A stretch of 62,651 nt of DNA, the filler included, from Rhabdomonas costata (Eukaryota), in assembly GCA_019059605.1 (NCBI GenBank). It is 37 parts of 37 records of this genome, joined end to end, with 100 filler letters (N's around TTAATTAATTAA, not from the genome) between each part and the next. Parts side by side here need not be neighbours in the genome. Positions count along the whole stretch, not along the records: positions 22,052 to 23,647 come from JAHMHO010012347.1; positions 23,748 to 25,341 come from JAHMHO010012348.1; positions 25,442 to 27,037 come from JAHMHO010012349.1; positions 27,138 to 28,732 come from JAHMHO010012350.1; positions 28,833 to 30,430 come from JAHMHO010012351.1; positions 30,531 to 32,126 come from JAHMHO010012352.1; positions 32,227 to 33,822 come from JAHMHO010012353.1; positions 33,923 to 35,518 come from JAHMHO010012354.1; 29 more parts are not named here. One strand, given 5' to 3'. The position numbers and the translations under genes were made by a program. Below the pieces are notes generated by a model. The model saw only the letters and a list, made by a program, of their open reading frames with translations, made no database searches and was not told the DNA's origin. This document shows positions 23,436 to 35,137 of the stretch, in pieces; the stretch's first letter is position 1, and every line of letters begins with the position of its first letter.

Positions 23436-24683
23436 CTGTTTGGGGAATGAGAGACAAAAGCGCATAACAAAAAGAGGAAAGCCAAGTCCTTTCCTCCAAA
23501 GCATATAAAACGGGGGAACCACTGCAGCGCAAACCGACAGATTATTACATTCGGAAAAACTGCATGCACCATAAGGTGCAGAATCACGAAAAGCAACTTC
23601 GAATTAAAGAGCATCAGGTTAGGGCCCATACGGGCAACAAAAACAAANNNNNNNNNNNNNNNNNNNNNNNNNNNNNNNNNNNNNNNNNNNNTTAATTAAT
23701 TAANNNNNNNNNNNNNNNNNNNNNNNNNNNNNNNNNNNNNNNNNNNNGGTGGGGTGGTCTTCCGCCAGATAGCAATATGTCTCAGAATTTCGCGCCGGAG
23801 TTAGTGAGTTAAAGAGGTCAGGGCGGTTGAGGTGATCAAATCAGCCACGCTGTGCGCTAAAGGGTTGTCAGGGTTGCGTGCCGGGAATAAGGGAGGTGGG
23901 GAATCAGATAATCGATGCGAATTTATCTCATTGCATTTGCTATAGTATTGCCCATTTCGCCAGTATTGCCCATTTACCTCAAAACTGAGAGGGGGGAAAT
24001 AGCTTTAGAAAGAGACATTTCCCCCTTACGGAGGTTTCGTTTCGTTTCGTTTTTTCCAGTATTGTTTGAATGAAATGCGCCTCTGGGAGCTTTCTGATGA
24101 ATAAGGGTGAGTGATTTGGGTGCCGTTTATATACCAGAAAACCACCTGTGCTTCTGAGAATCCCCCAGATTTTGCTAAGTGGTGGTGGTTAAAGCAATGG
24201 TAGATACTGTTTATTTTGATGCGCGTCTTCCTCATGTTTTCGACTATTTGAGGTTTGAGTGGGAAACTCTCAATTTTGAGAAAACGCGCCGTAAATACCT
24301 GAATGGCATGAATGACCGCAACTCGGACGACCCCCTTCGACCCAAACCAAAATAACCACCCTTGCTTGCCGCCACCCCGTCAGCTGTGGTTCCTTCTTCC
24401 GCCAGTCTGAGGCCGCCTCCGACAACGTGGTCAGTGAGATACACAACTATGAATGGCATGGACCATTGTCAAGCACCAGTGATGACCCTGATGCCATGCT
24501 TCAGCCCTACGTCCCCTTCACCTCCTGCCGGGAGGCGGGCTGTGGATGATGTGGATGGCATCACAAAGGTTAAAGATTGGGGAGTGCCATGTCAGGCACC
24601 ACCTTGCAACCCGCACCTGAACACAGCACTGCGAGACCCTTGGCGCCTCCTCAGCGCAAGGCCCACAATAAGGGCAAGGGCAC

Positions 24684-24751
24684 TCTAGCAAGGCCACCAG
24701 GGAGGCCACGCTGTGGCGGCCGCGCACCCCGCAGTACGTGACTAGCTCCCC
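24684..24751 (-). CDS. Short internal exon, hypothetical protein
   Basis: CAG|GELVTYCGVRGRHSVASLVALL|GT, GC-rich. Confidence 0.4.
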
Positions 24752-25683
24752 CTGCATCAACAATGGAGGCGGCAGGAGGAGAGCCCGCACAACACACAAA
24801 AGACTCGAACAATAGCTTGGGGAACAGCTTGGACGAACAATAAACATCTTCTTGTAAAGCTACCGAATGCTTACTGTTTGCCCACTTGCCTCTCTAAACC
24901 CACTCACCCATCAGGATCTGCCCTTCTTTTCCGTTGCCGGAGTTTTTTTATTGTCCTGTGGTGACTGATGACTTTCCTTTGACCCCCGATCTCTAAATTC
25001 CTTGCCTGCCTTGCTGAGAACTGGAGAAATACAGCGGGGGAACGATAGCCATGGGAAATGCCGTCAATGGAAAGTTAAATTTCCGGCTCCCGAAATACCA
25101 CAAGTCAAGTGTATGTATTGTGGGTTCGCGTGGATCGGCACTCACTGTAAGAACGCCCGTGGCAAGAAACAACGGGGCGAGATAATTCTCCTTCCAGTTT
25201 GGAATCCTCTGTCCAAAGAAGCTTCTCCATATTTATGCACCGCCACCAGTATTTGTAAGGTGGTCTGAATGTACCCACAATGTCCACGCACTGACGCACT
25301 CCCACGCGTGCTGTACCGAGGGCTTCCTCACGGAAAGGAAGNNNNNNNNNNNNNNNNNNNNNNNNNNNNNNNNNNNNNNNNNNNNTTAATTAATTAANNN
25401 NNNNNNNNNNNNNNNNNNNNNNNNNNNNNNNNNNNNNNNNNGGGTTGGGTGTGCATCTCCAGAAGATCACTGTTGCTGATGCAGAGATTTTTGCTCTTCG
25501 CGGCGTCTTCATCTGCGGGTATCGGCGCATCTACATCTGCGGCAGATGGCTGCGCACTAATCTATAAAAGACGTCTGCATGTTCCTGGCGTTGCACCAGA
25601 AATGTAGTTTTTCACAGTAGCCATCTAGCGATTGGCTAAGAATGGTTCCGCGCTCATTGCTGCGTGTTGCTCATACTATTCAG

Positions 25684-26049
25684 TTTCCGTTCTACTACGA
25701 GGCCAAGGTGGGGTTGTTGGTTTATCTGGGCCTCTTCGGCGGCGCGGTGAAGTTGTACGATGCCGTCCTCAAGAAGACCGTCTTCGATAAGGTGCACCAG
25801 CAGGTGGGCAAGGTGATGGCCAATCCCAGCCTCCAGAAGGCCAACTCCCTCCTGAGGGACAAGACTGGGGTCAGCCTCCCCTGCGTGTCTGGCGCCTCTT
25901 CTGCGGCGGGTTCGGGGTTGTCCTCGGCCTATACGCAGCTTCCCCCTCTTGGGTCATCACACGGTGCCTCGGCACAAGCCTACCCGTCGGGGGCGCCAGG
26001 AGGGTCTGCCGCGGCCCCATCGGGAGGCACGTATTTGTTCACCGCGTAA
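25684..26049 (+). CDS. TB2/DP1/HVA22 (REEP/Yop1) family protein, terminal exon
   Basis: FPFYYEAKVGLLVYLGLFGGAVKLYDAVLK matches the family C-terminal PFYY.AK...L..L....GA..LY motif; CAG acceptor at 25681-25683. Confidence 0.8.
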   Translation, partial: FPFYYEAKVGLLVYLGLFGGAVKLYDAVLKKTVFDKVHQQVGKVMANPSLQKANSLLRDKTGVSLPCVSGASSAAGSGLSSAYTQLPPLGSSHGASAQAYPSGAPGGSAAAPSGGTYLFTA

Positions 26050-27674
26050 GTCCAACACGCGAGTTGGGTAAAAAGGGAAATGGGACGAGCGTCGAGGGAG
26101 TAGAACTTGTGTGGGACAGCCTTTTGGACAGGATCACTTGGGATGTCCTCATTTCCATCCGCCACCTTCCACCATAACCTAGCCTATTAGAGAGCTCCCT
26201 TTGTTTGCAGAGCAGGGTCTCTCTGTTTGGAGGTCTCGGGGGAAGTTGGCTTAATCCAGATGGATTGCAGAGTGGGCCAAACAACTGTGCTAAGAGTACG
26301 CATCGGTTCGCTCAGCTCCGTTTGTTTGTAGTGGCAGATGGAGTTGTGCGAATTTTCTGTTAGGAAATGAACTTCGTCATTGGAACGTTCGGCGTTGGGC
26401 AGTGTTGTTCTGTAAGTTTCTGTCACGTCTATTCCTTTTTATTCACCCAAGCAAAACGTCCCCAGTTGACCCTGCCCTCACTGCTTCATCTTTAAAAACG
26501 TGCCTCCGATGTATCGGAATGCCTTTTCCCCCTTTGCCTCCTTCAGGCTTTTCGTTCGCTTGCATCGCTCTCTGTATTGCTCACGTCTTACGCGAGTACG
26601 ACAAGACTGCGCGTGGGTGCAGCGTGCGTGTCTGCGTGCGTGTACAAAGTACAAGAAAGCACACGTTGTGTAAAAACGGACCAGGTCTGGTGCTGGGTGC
26701 AGTTTTCTTTTGCCCTATATTTTCCCGTACATGTCCTGGGGGGTGATACAATTCTTTCTCTCATAGTGTATTATTGTTTTTGCTACTCGTATATTTAACC
26801 GATCGTTATAACGTCGTTCAAAAGATGAGATTTACTTTCCCTCAACTTCACTGTCCCTTTCAATTTCTTTGCATCCTTGTCCAAAACGCCACGAACCTAC
26901 CACAAATTCCCGGAGATACTGGAAATCACATTTTCAACCCCACCGCCTCCGAATGCGCCGTTGCATTTTCGTTCATGGCCGGGGTCCCCCCCAACCCCCA
27001 CCCTACGTGTTCGTTCTGCCCAGCCCACCAACACAAANNNNNNNNNNNNNNNNNNNNNNNNNNNNNNNNNNNNNNNNNNNNTTAATTAATTAANNNNNNN
27101 NNNNNNNNNNNNNNNNNNNNNNNNNNNNNNNNNNNNNGGTTTGGGGTGAATTTATATCCTACTTTGGGCCTTCTCTGGTCTGTTTCCTGGTCCCTGGTGC
27201 GTTTTCTTGTTATCGGTGTGCTTGTAATTTTTATCCTCAAAGATCCACAGGTTTCCATGTTTTTCAACGCCTTTCCGATCAAAGCCATTCCACTTATGAG
27301 TGAAAACATGTGAAGGCCTCGTTTCAATCGAGTGAAGTTACAATAGACGACAAGGGTAACGCAGATAAAAAGGGAAGTAACATTTATGGCGATGTATACA
27401 AGTTGTGGAAGTTGAACTTCAACCAGGTCATCCAAGGCAACTTTGAGGATTCAATCGGAGCGCTGCAGCTTTCTTGAAGATAATTTACCTTGACAACGGT
27501 GAACGTCATTCCTTGATCGCCAAATCCACCACGGAACCGGTGAGGGGGGGGGGGCGTTTCCACTCGAGACTTAAATCACAAGTAACCTTCAGATAGTGAG
27601 CTAGAAGAGTCTGTGAAGTGGCCGGAACACGTGGATCCAAACATGACAACGGGGAGGAGCATGCGCAAACTTAC

Positions 27675-28177
27675 CCCAGCAGGGAGCCACTTGTGCTGTT
27701 TCGCAGAACCCCAGCGGTATTGAGCAGAACCGCCAGAGTAAGGCGTGGTACAGCCGTGGGCAGGCTCTTGCACAGCACTCCACCGAGCCCCACGTAGGGC
27801 ATCACGGTAGTTGGTGTGGACTCGTTTGACCCATTTGCTGTTAGAAGATCGCCAGTGAGGGCCTAAATGGAAAAAGTAAATCAATCAAAATGAATTGCAC
27901 ACAATGAAAGATCGTCAGATGGTTTTCTCGGAATTTCTTTGAGCACACGTTTAAAAGTGAACCATCAAATGTCGAACTTCCCACTGCCATGCATGAAAGT
28001 GCATGGGTAAAAAGCTGATGCGCTCGAAAGGCATACTGTACTATCAAGGTTTTGCTATTCATTACCAAACGTGTAGAAAGACCCCAAGCCCACCTTCAGA
28101 ACTGCCACGGAAGCTCCGGGTTTGCCGAGGCATTCACCCATCGTCACCAAGAAAAAACACAGCCAGCCGCCCAGCAT
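27675..28177 (-). CDS. Possible N-terminus of a secreted/membrane protein (exons 28177-28138, 27837-27675)
   Basis: MLGGWLCFFLVTM|ANGSNESTPTTVMPYVGLGG...; signal-peptide-like start, GTGAAT and GTAAGT donors, CTAACAG acceptor, phases match. Confidence 0.45.
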
Positions 28178-29431
28178 CACAGCTGAAAACTCGAACACCA
28201 CAACCTGTGGAAAATGAAAGCCAGTTCAAACACAAGCTCTGGTTTTTATTGATGTCATTGTGAAATACCAATATTTGAAAACATCTCTCGGCCGGCTAAA
28301 AGGACACAGGGGAAAGTGCTTTGAGGCTCGACAAAACCATAAGCTATGGTTACACCTCTTTATGTTTGTAACGGCCTTTTCCGCGTTTCATGTTGAAAGG
28401 CATCTTTTCAGTTGGGCCTTTTGGCTGGTCCCATTACTGTCCTCAACACGATTCTAAAATCTGTTGCAGGATGTGAGATAATCCTCCAAAAAAAACAGCA
28501 TTTCAGTCATTTCATTTCATTTCAGTCAATTCTGCATGGCATCCGAAATAGTCACATGAAACGATTTTTCCGTTCGCACTGTCGGGCCGGGCGATTTGGA
28601 CAGAACCTTGACAAAAGCTGAAGCCAACGCACAGCAGAGAGAGTGCACTCAGAAAAAACAAGCGACGAAACCCAGATCCGCAAAAACACCAAACTCCCAC
28701 TCAGCCTTCACTCCTTCGTACAAATTTCAGTANNNNNNNNNNNNNNNNNNNNNNNNNNNNNNNNNNNNNNNNNNNNTTAATTAATTAANNNNNNNNNNNN
28801 NNNNNNNNNNNNNNNNNNNNNNNNNNNNNNNNGCGCCGTGCTCGAGCCCAACAGATGAATGAGTAAGCACCATTCAGAAGGGTAGGCAGTCAGCACAAAA
28901 AAAACGAGCGCCGGTAAATTGAGAATCAAGAGGTGCTCCTAAGGCACACCAGCACTGCAGTGTGCGGGCACCATTACCCGGATGAGCTTTTCCAGCGAGT
29001 CGCGTGGAAAGCTCTCGAAGAACCTGGTTTTGATTTTCAATTTCAGCTTCCGATTTTCATTCATTCAGTTACAGAGCCCTCTTCCGAACGCTCATAAATG
29101 GCAGCAATCAGCTCTCTTTCGTTGCGCTCTTCCACTGTCACAGGAAGGAGGGAAAGAGTGGTTCGGTGTTGTCATATCAAAAATCTGAATTTCAGCAAAC
29201 AGCGTCACCGAGAGAAAAAAGCACACCACGTTTCCAAACACTTTCCTTTCACAGTGTTCTGAGAAAGTGTTCAGAATGACCTGAGCAGTGACTCCTCTCT
29301 CTCCTTCAGCGAGACGGTTTCCTTCATATGAAGGATGCGGTTCACATGGATATTCGAATGATTGCGAAAGGCAAGGAACCCCTTTCCCTCCTTTGCCAAA
29401 ACTCCAAGGGTGCACACGGGTGGTCACTCAC

Positions 29432-29539
29432 TTGTGTCTCGCCAAAGCCTTGGCGGTGGGTCGGGTCATTGTGGCGGCTCTTTCCTCCAGAAGGGCCTGC
29501 CGCTGCTTCGCAGCACGGGCATTGGTCCACTTCCGGTAC
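29432..29539 (-). CDS. Internal exon, hypothetical basic protein
   Basis: AAG|..YRKWTNARAAKQRQALLEERAATMTRPTAKALARH|GTGAGT. Confidence 0.5.
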
Positions 29540-29599
29540 CTTTTAAAGGACGGAAGAACGGAAGGAAGGAAGGAGATAGGGGCGAGTGAGCACATGCAT

Positions 29600-29669
29600 G
29601 TGTGCGTGTTCGTGTGCGTGTGCGTGTGCGTGTGCGTGTGCGTGTGCGTGTGCGTGTGCGTGTGCGTGC
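29600..29669. repeat. (GTGTGC)n hexanucleotide microsatellite
   Basis: Direct reading. Confidence 0.95.
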
Positions 29670-30539
29670 AGGGTAAAGGGAAATGGCTAAATGGTCAAAA
29701 TGAAATATTTGGCGCTGCGAGCGCAGGCTGCATGATTAGGGCTGACCAAGAAAAGCCAATGAAAAGCTTCAACAGCTTCTTCCCAACAGGGGCACCCATA
29801 GACCAGCAATGACAGCAGAACAATGGATGATCACGCAGGCGAGAGAATCGTTGTATAGCGCACTCACTCACAGATATACGCAAACACACACATATACGCA
29901 AACACACATACATGAGGCGTTCGCTCATAAATCGCCCGTAAATCCCTCCAGGCCACCTACAAAGCAAAGCGTTCCGGGCCACTCCGGTGCAAGCTTGAAG
30001 CACTCCTGGGTATCCTCAGGTGTGTTAAGTAGCCCCCGGCCGAAAGCCTACGCTCAGTATGCAGGTCTGTAAAGGCCAAAAAGGATTTGCACTGAACCCT
30101 TGATATTGTTCGCAAATGAATGGTCCAAACAAACTTGCAAGAATTCAAAACCAGATGGAGGTGGAGATGGAGATGCAGTCAGAGGGAGTGCTGCCACGAA
30201 GTATGATCTAGATCTTGTGATAATCTTGCCAGATCCTTCGAATCCAGTTCGGCCACTTTCCCTGGGGCCCATATGAGAATTCATGCATTCATGCAAGCGG
30301 ACAAGACTGAGCCCCCCTGATTTCCTGGCCCTCCCTGACGACTGATGCAGGTCTGAAGGCAAACAAGGCTGGCATGGACGCCGCTTTAGACGCCGCAGAA
30401 GCACATCCACACACATTGACACAACAAAACNNNNNNNNNNNNNNNNNNNNNNNNNNNNNNNNNNNNNNNNNNNNTTAATTAATTAANNNNNNNNNNNNNN
30501 NNNNNNNNNNNNNNNNNNNNNNNNNNNNNNGGTGGTGTG

Positions 30540-30975
30540 TGAGCGTAAATCATATAAAGAACCTTTAGATGATTTACGCTCATACCCCACTCACTACGCT
30601 CGCTCAGGGGGCCTCCTTCTACGCCTTTGGCACCATCTGCTACGCTCGCTGCGCTCGCTAGGTCCCTTCCTACTCCGTTCGCTGCGCTCACTTGGTGAAT
30701 ACCAAGAAAAAACTACCAATATCCACTACTCCGCGCATGACCCTCGGCGTTGCGCGAAAGAAGGAATACCAAGAAAATTACTACCCCACTGACATCTCGA
30801 TGCCTCGATGTTCGTGGGGCAAGAAATCACGGCTAACCCCACTCGCTGTCCCTACGGTCCGTGCTCCCTAAATGTTTTTGAAAAAAACAAGAAGATACCA
30901 CCTAATCCGCGCATGTACCTGCGCCCTGCGCTAAGTGAAGAAAGAATACCAAGAAATCACGACACCTAATCCACG
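30540..30975. repeat. Mosaic degenerate repeat array with short hairpins and A-rich linkers
   Basis: GAATACCAAGAAA at 30697/30764/30944; CAAGAAATCACG at 30820/30950; TCCGCGCATG at 30730/30906; CTACGCTCGCT at 30594/30640. Confidence 0.8.
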
Positions 30976-31262
30976 AGTGAGAAGATGAAAATGATAAAAT
31001 ACAACCACAGGCGAGAGGGCATCGCGGAGACAATCTCCCTTGAGGTAGAAGGTCTTTCACGCACAAAATGCAAAGTTTTACAACCCAGTCATCCAGTCCA
31101 AAGAAGTGCTTTGGTCCAAAGGGTGAGAATTTGACACGATTCATCGGTGCTGGTCTCTTGTGCCCCACTGTCCCCCACTCACGACTTGTGCAAATTATAG
31201 GCATGAATTACTGTTGGAAAGACCGTTTGAGTCAGGATAAACTATTTTTATGGTTTGCCGCT

Positions 31263-31980
31263 ATGCAGGATCCTACGCTGAAGGCTTTGATTCACAAGGC
31301 TTCTTTGAATTTGATCTTCGTGGGGGGCAAGGGTGGAGTCGGGAAAACAACCATAAGCTGTTCACTGGCGGTGCAGCTGGCAAAGGTGTTTCTTTCACTG
31401 AATTATGCAGTAATGGTCACGTGGTTTTGTTCTTCCTTCACAGACTTTGTGTCTTCTTCCTTTACAGACACCCGTCGAAGTTGGTGGGGTTCTGAAGCGG
31501 CGAAGAGTTCTCATAATTAGCACCGATCCCGCCCACAATCTCAGTGATGCTTTTGCTCAAAAATTCGCCAAGGAGCCCACCAAGGTGGAAGGGCTTGACA
31601 ATCTTGATGCTATGGTTCTGCAGGCCTTTTCTTCCGAGAGAAAATACCTTGCTCAATTATGCAGCTGTAATGACGTGCTTTTGTTGCAGGAAATTGATCC
31701 GACGTTGATCACCCAGTCCAGCATGTACAGTGAATTTGGTGAAGACCGTCTTGGCCCCACTCTCTTCTCTCTGGCAAACGTTGTTCAGGCATCTTGCTTT
31801 CACCCATTTCGTTCGCCTCCGTGAATTTAAACTCCCTGATTTTCTCCTCCCATCCTCCCCGCTCTCCCCCGTGTGCATCCCAAATGCCTTTCGCACATTC
31901 CATATTTGCGTTTATCTCCAGGAGGCCGCAAGCACACTTCCGGGAATCGACGAGGTGACGACCTTTGTTGAAATCATGAA
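31263..31980 (+). CDS. GET3: GET3/ArsA/TRC40 tail-anchored protein targeting ATPase, 5' part (exons 31263-31385, 31468-31614, 31690-31788, 31922-31980)
   Basis: [13 protein letters not shown]-loop, [13 protein letters not shown] switch I, NLDAM|EIDP, LPGIDE; all exon phases join. Confidence 0.96.
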
Positions 31981-32759
31981 GTATGAGCCGTCGACTTGTT
32001 TGCAGCTGCTGATAAAAACCCTTTAGCCCCCCACCTCCTCTGTTTGCTTGCCTTCACTCCGTCTTATAATCTGCTGTATAGCCGCAAACAAGTCGACGGC
32101 TCATACTTCATGATTTCAACAACACANNNNNNNNNNNNNNNNNNNNNNNNNNNNNNNNNNNNNNNNNNNNTTAATTAATTAANNNNNNNNNNNNNNNNNN
32201 NNNNNNNNNNNNNNNNNNNNNNNNNNGTTGGGGGGGGTGAATCCGGAACTCCCATTGCGCACGCAAGCGGCGACCGCTTGCGTGGACGCTGCGTCCTCTT
32301 TCAGGGGACGCAACTCCTTGTTGCCATGCAATTGGTGACTGTGTGTTTGTTTTGCTTGGTTTTGCTCCTGCGGATAGGGCAACGATTTGAGGGACTCAGG
32401 GACCCTTCCTTCATGGAAGGGTGATTTGGTTTGCCAATTGGGTGCCCGAAAATTATGCACGACCCAATTTTGGGAATGCAAGCCCGCTTGCTGCTGTTTG
32501 ATTTGTACTACTTGATGTCGCTGAAGTCGATATTTTCGATACGAATCTTTGAGCTGCTCCACCTTTTCCGACGATATTTACCAGGCAAACTCACAAAAGC
32601 CTTCAGACGCACATCACCCTTACGATACAAAAATGCGCCTGTTTCGTTCAACAACCCGTTATCTCCGTTTCCGGAGTTGAGAACGTATGCATTCTGGCTT
32701 CTTGTGTCACAGGTCGGATCATTGTTGTTGCAGTCCCCCCCCCCTCCGTGGCTAGATAG

Positions 32760-33346
32760 GCCTCACATGCGCGGGTGGACAGCCCGTCAATGACCAGCGG
32801 TGGATCTTTCCAGCCGCAGGTAGGGTTGAGCAAAAGAACTAGGGACTGTGTGTGTGCGCGCTTGCGTGTGGGTAATTTCGAAATCATATTCAGCCATAGT
32901 CATCCATATGAAGGCCCCAAGGACAGTGCTTGCTCTTGCTTCCGCTGCTGCGATTGCGGATGATGGATGAGCCTTGTCGTGTGCACTTTTCTGACTGGCA
33001 AGCCTGGGGAAGGGATCTGGTAAGCTGCTGTGTGTGTATGTGTCGAAAATACTCAAAGAGATGTTGCGAGAAATTCAGTGCGGAGTCCGTCCACCCACCC
33101 ACCTTGAGGGCTAATTAAGCGGGCTCGCTGAAGACGAAATGCATCACCCGCACCTGATTTGGTCAGCACATTTTCGGGTGGCTTTTACAGCCCGGCGGTG
33201 GTGCCGGCAGCAGCAGCAGCAGCAGCAGCAACAGCAACCATGTTCCCGTGCAGCCCAAAATTCCCACCCCGGACGAAGTTGTCGCCATGGAGCATTCCAG
33301 TCCGGCGGCAAAGCGACCCCGCTGTGACTCCCCATCTGAACTGCAG
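32760..33346 (+). CDS. Low-complexity protein with poly-Ser and NLS-like AKRPR (exons 32760-32819, 33191-33346)
   Basis: Both exons are phase 0 with AG/GT ends; the (AGC)n at 33208-33236 reads GAGSSSSSSSNSN. Confidence 0.55.
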
Positions 33347-33970
33347 GTGACTGTCCGCCCACATACAAACTCACCCAGCTGCATCTGAACACCAAAGTCT
33401 CAGTCCAACAGCAAGTGTACTTTTCTGCCCACAACAATCACCAACAGCCAGTCAGGCAACAGCCAGCGCGGTTTGCGTGCACACATACACGTACGCATAT
33501 GCTCAGTATTTAGTCTTTCACTTCGCAGGTTTACTTTTGCATTTTGGAGCGTTTCACCCACGGGCTGTTTCTTCGTTCGTTCTGCTTCCCTTGCACTGTG
33601 TGTATCTTTCTTGTGTTGTGTAGGTTTTCCCGGATGAGAACGAGGGGGACACCACCAAGCCCTGGGTCCTAAACCTTTTGCGGTGATGAGATTGGGAGGA
33701 GGGGGGTGTTTTGATTTTTGTGTGAAGCATATAATCAGCTGGAGCGACCGGGAAATCCACAGCTGATTATATGCTTCACACAAAAATCAAAACACCCCCC
33801 TCCTCCCAATCTCAACACCACANNNNNNNNNNNNNNNNNNNNNNNNNNNNNNNNNNNNNNNNNNNNTTAATTAATTAANNNNNNNNNNNNNNNNNNNNNN
33901 NNNNNNNNNNNNNNNNNNNNNNGTTGTTGTGTATAATGGAGGTTGCAGTTGCTGTTGTTGTGGTTCATAG

Positions 33971-35137
33971 GAATGTTTGACTGTCCTCCGATTCCCCCGC
34001 CTCTTCGCAACTTTGAGATGACCTCCACCTTCGAGCTGCTCAGCCCGAACTCCTCGCAGCGCAGTTTGTCCTGGCGCAGCGATGACAGCCAAGTTGTGCG
34101 GGTGCAGGTCCGAGCCCCTCCATTGCACTTACCTTATGCCATGGGCTTGTACAAGCGGCTCCTAAATAGACGTCTTTGATTAGCAGGACGAAAACTGCCA
34201 CGGGCGCGACCACCTTTGCCCCCCACCCCTCAAAAGTTGTGTGAGAGCGTATTTTCACTTGTGATTTCCCCCTTGATATTGTGCTTGCCCCTCTTTCGCC
34301 AATGCAGGTGAAGTTCCTCAACAACTACCCAAAATTTTTTGACATCACGGACTGCCTGGCCAACCGTGTGGTGCAGAACGCCGGATCCTGCCGTAGCCGG
34401 CTCTTCTTCCCCACGTCCGACAGCAACACGACCAGTGGCAGCTCGGAGTTCCTGTGCTACGGCTTCCAGGCCCAGTACGGGCCCTGCATGGCCGACCCTG
34501 ATGTGGTGTTGAGTGGGCTGGAGCTGGACGACTCGGATCGGGCTGCCATTCAGAGCGTGCGGCTGTGTTCAGGTTTCTCGAAGGCGGACGTTGTGGGGTG
34601 AATTTTGTTTGACGGGATGAAGAGGTCTCGAAAAGGCACGACTTGGAAGCGTAATCTAAAGCAAGCATTTAGGAGTTCGGAAGGGATTAGTGGTGCAAAA
34701 TTGTGTTGGGAGAGTTTTTCTGCTGTCACTTATTTCCTTTGGGATGCCTTTTTATGCGAATGCGTTGCTTATTATCGCTTTTTTGTTTGCTCTCTCTCTC
34801 TCTCTCTCGTGGTTCTTCGCTCTGAATCTGTGATGCAGATCTCCAGACGCCTCATTCTGGCTGTGACAGCCTCATAGCGCAGCTGGCCAACAAGACGATC
34901 AGCCGCCGCAAGGGCAACGGCACGGAACTGTGGAATTTTATTGAACAGGTGTGTACCACTCTTTGTGTGTCGTGCACCCTCTTGAAGCGAGGAAGCGAGG
35001 AATGGCGTTGGTAGTGGATGCTGGATGCTGGTGGTGCCACAGGTGCGGCAGTTTTACCCTGACAACTATATCAAGGCTAACATGTGGGACCTGACGCACT
35101 ACGACTACGATGACAATGCTTTTGACAAAGCGTACAA
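33971..35137 (+). CDS. Hypothetical Cys-containing, probably extracellular protein (exons 33971-34107, 34308-34572, 34839-34948, 35043-~35137)
   Basis: Four GC-rich exons join in phase through GT-AG introns; N-glycosylation sequons (NSS, NTT, NKT, NGT); no family recognised. Confidence 0.75.

Noticed and set aside
30697..30975. CRISPR array interpretation of the repeat cluster
   Set aside because: Repeats are short (13 nt or less), degenerate and irregularly spaced, spacers share motifs, no cas genes, eukaryotic context
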